From Octopus sinensis (Eukaryota): a stretch of 9,002 nt of DNA. Positions 6,970-9,002 of the stretch are shown one piece after another. A program made the translations under genes and the position numbers. The stretch lies in NCBI RefSeq assembly GCF_006345805.1, contig NW_021828220.1:1-9002 (forward strand), in the 5' to 3' direction. The notes beneath the pieces are model-generated. The model had not been told where the DNA came from and made no database searches. It saw only the letters and a program-made list of their open reading frames with translations. How positions within the stretch are numbered: position 1 is the stretch's first letter; every line of letters starts with the position of its first letter.

Positions 6970-7520
6970 AGGTGATGGTATGGGTGGTGATGTTGGTAAT
7001 GGCGGAGGCACTGGTGTTGGTTGTGATGATGATGATGGTGACAATAATACTGATAATGGTGGTGGTGGTGGTGTTTATGACGATAGTGATGGTAGTGGTG
7101 GTAGTGGTGGTGTGGTGGTGGTGGTGGTGACAATGATATTGATGGTGATTATAATGGTGGTGGTGGTGTTTATGACGATAGTGATGGTGGTGGTGGTAGT
7201 AGTGGTGGTGGTGGTGGTGGTGACAATAATACTAATGATGGCGATTGTAATGGTGGTGGTGGTGGTGTTTATGATGACAGTGATGATGATGGTGGTGGTG
7301 GTGGTGGTGGTGACAATGATATTGATGATGGTGATTATGGTGGTGGTGGTGATGATGGATGATGGTTGTTGTTGTAGTGGTGGAGGTGGTGTTAGTGATG
7401 CTGATGGTATTGATGATGGTGATAGTGATTGTGAAGATGGTGGCAGTAATATCAGTGATTGGAGGAGTGTGTTCACAATTCTTATTTGTTGCTTATAATG
7501 ATGATGATGATGATGGCAGG
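6970..7520. repeat. (GGT/GAT)n trinucleotide field with ~90-bp higher-order units
   Basis: GTGACAAT landmarks at 7038, 7127, 7220 and 7310; GTGTTTATGA at 7071, 7166 and 7265. Confidence 0.9.
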
Positions 7521-7558
7521 GTTAGTGTTGATTAGGTTTCTCTTTTAAACTCATGAGT

Positions 7559-7682
7559 AGTGTTGTTGTTGTTGTTGTCGTTGTTGCCGTCGTAGGAGGT
7601 GATGGCAGCAGTGAGTGTATATCAGTGTGGGATAGAGTGCTTCTTTTTAAACAAAAATATTTATTGTTGTTGTTGTTGTTGG
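7559..7682. repeat. Two (GTT)n tracts
   Basis: At about 7559-7590 and 7664-7681. Confidence 0.85.
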
Positions 7683-7804
7683 CGTTATGGCTTGGGTGAT
7701 GGTGGGAGGGTGTCTTTCATTTTTATTTGCACTTTTTTTTCAAGAAGTGGTGGTGGTCACAACGGAAAGAAGGGAGCTCTTTAATCTTTTTATCCATTTA
7801 CCAA

Positions 7805-7917
7805 ATATATATATATATATCATATATATATATCTAATATCTCTCTCTCACTCGATATATATATATATACATACATACATACATATAGATGTATAGATAT
7901 ATATTAAACATGCACGC

Positions 7918-7948
<31 letters not shown>

Positions 7949-8050
7949 ATCTATACACACAATTCATCTATCACACAATCCAGCTATCTAGTTTATCTTT
8001 CAAGTATATTCAATATATCTAGCTACCAAACTATCTATCTATTATCCATA

Positions 8051-8101
<51 letters not shown>

Positions 8102-8242
8102 ACATACATATACATACATTATACATATAGATATATACATACAGGCACACACACATACAGATATACCTTTCTCTTTCTTCTGAATATATATTATATATAT
8201 AATATATATATATACACACACATATGCAATATATATATATAG

Positions 8243-8276
<34 letters not shown>

Positions 8277-8342
8277 TATATCATTTATTTATTTATGTGT
8301 CTATTCACTTATTGCCTTTTATTTATTCATTATTTATTTACT
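7805..8342. repeat. (TA)n/(TACA)n/(TCTA)n/(TTTA)n microsatellite field
   Basis: Directly visible. Confidence 0.95.
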
Positions 8343-8449
8343 TCGTTGCAAAAAGAAGTGTTAAACTATGGATTAATTGATTTCTTTCAAAGTCAATGAT
8401 TTATAGACACCAAAATCGAGAAGAACTGAGGAAATAAAAAAAGGTAAAA

Positions 8450-8494
8450 TCACACACACACACACACACATGTAGAAACACCACACACACACAC
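8450..8494. repeat. (CA)n tracts
   Basis: Directly visible. Confidence 0.9.
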
Positions 8495-8615
8495 TTAAGC
8501 ATGCGAGCACTTGCACTCATACAAATACAGAGTGAAAACAGAAAATGGTGAAAAAATTGTATAAGCAAATTTAATTCTTAAAAGTCACTTAATTTCATTT
8601 CATGCATTTGAGCTC

Positions 8616-8735
8616 GTGGTAGTGGTGGTGGTCATGGTGTTATCAGTGGTTTTTGGTAGTAGAGGCAGTAAAGTGGTGGGTGTTAAGTTGATGTTGGTGT
8701 TGGAGTTGTTGTTGGCAGTGGTGGTGGTGGTGGAA
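8616..8735. repeat. Degenerate (GGT)n tract
   Basis: Directly visible. Confidence 0.8.
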
Positions 8736-8877
8736 GAGAAAGCAGAGTGGTTGTGTGTGAGGGGGAGAGGGAACAAATTTGGATTGATTATCGACTAAAG
8801 ATTATTTGCTGAACTTTTGCTAAGTGACAGAAACAAAAAGAAGCAAAGGACAAAAAAGAGAATGTAATATGTAGGTA

Positions 8878-8972
8878 AACAGAAATAAAGAGAGACAGAC
8901 AGACAGAAGAGAGAGAGACAGGCCGATACATAGAATGGGCAAAAGAGAGAGAGAGAGAGAGAGAGAAAGAGT
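8878..8972. repeat. (GA)n/(GACA)n tract
   Basis: Directly visible. Confidence 0.85.
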
Positions 8973-9002
8973 ACATGTGTCTGTATGAGTACAAATGGGA
9001 GA

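Noticed and set aside
6939-7498. Mucin-like poly-Thr, poly-Val and poly-His ORFs
   Set aside because: Trinucleotide low-complexity sequence open in several frames on both strands; the 89-bp unit shifts the frame, which argues against coding constraint.

Overview
AT-rich, repeat-dense, non-coding eukaryotic DNA with no credible protein-coding gene. The repeat families look like those of octopus/cephalopod genomes; this is inferred from recalled repeat sequences, not from a database search. The window contains: (i) two near full-length copies and several fragments of a tRNA-headed SINE with an internal TA/CA microsatellite; (ii) two 3' ends of an RTE-like LINE ending in (GAT)n, one retaining a decayed ORF C-terminus, each with 3-4 internal ~62-bp hairpin-forming units, plus fragments; (iii) other tRNA-derived heads; (iv) a TTAA/piggyBac-type MITE with an abnormal left end; (v) a possible Helitron 5' end; (vi) a degenerate 23-bp minisatellite; (vii) large compound microsatellite fields in the last 3.5 kb. 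Nearly all supplied ORFs are by-products of these repeats, and the two in unique sequence have no recognisable motif. I cannot support a new multi-gene system here. The best leads are RNA-structure signals and odd junctions in the mobile elements.
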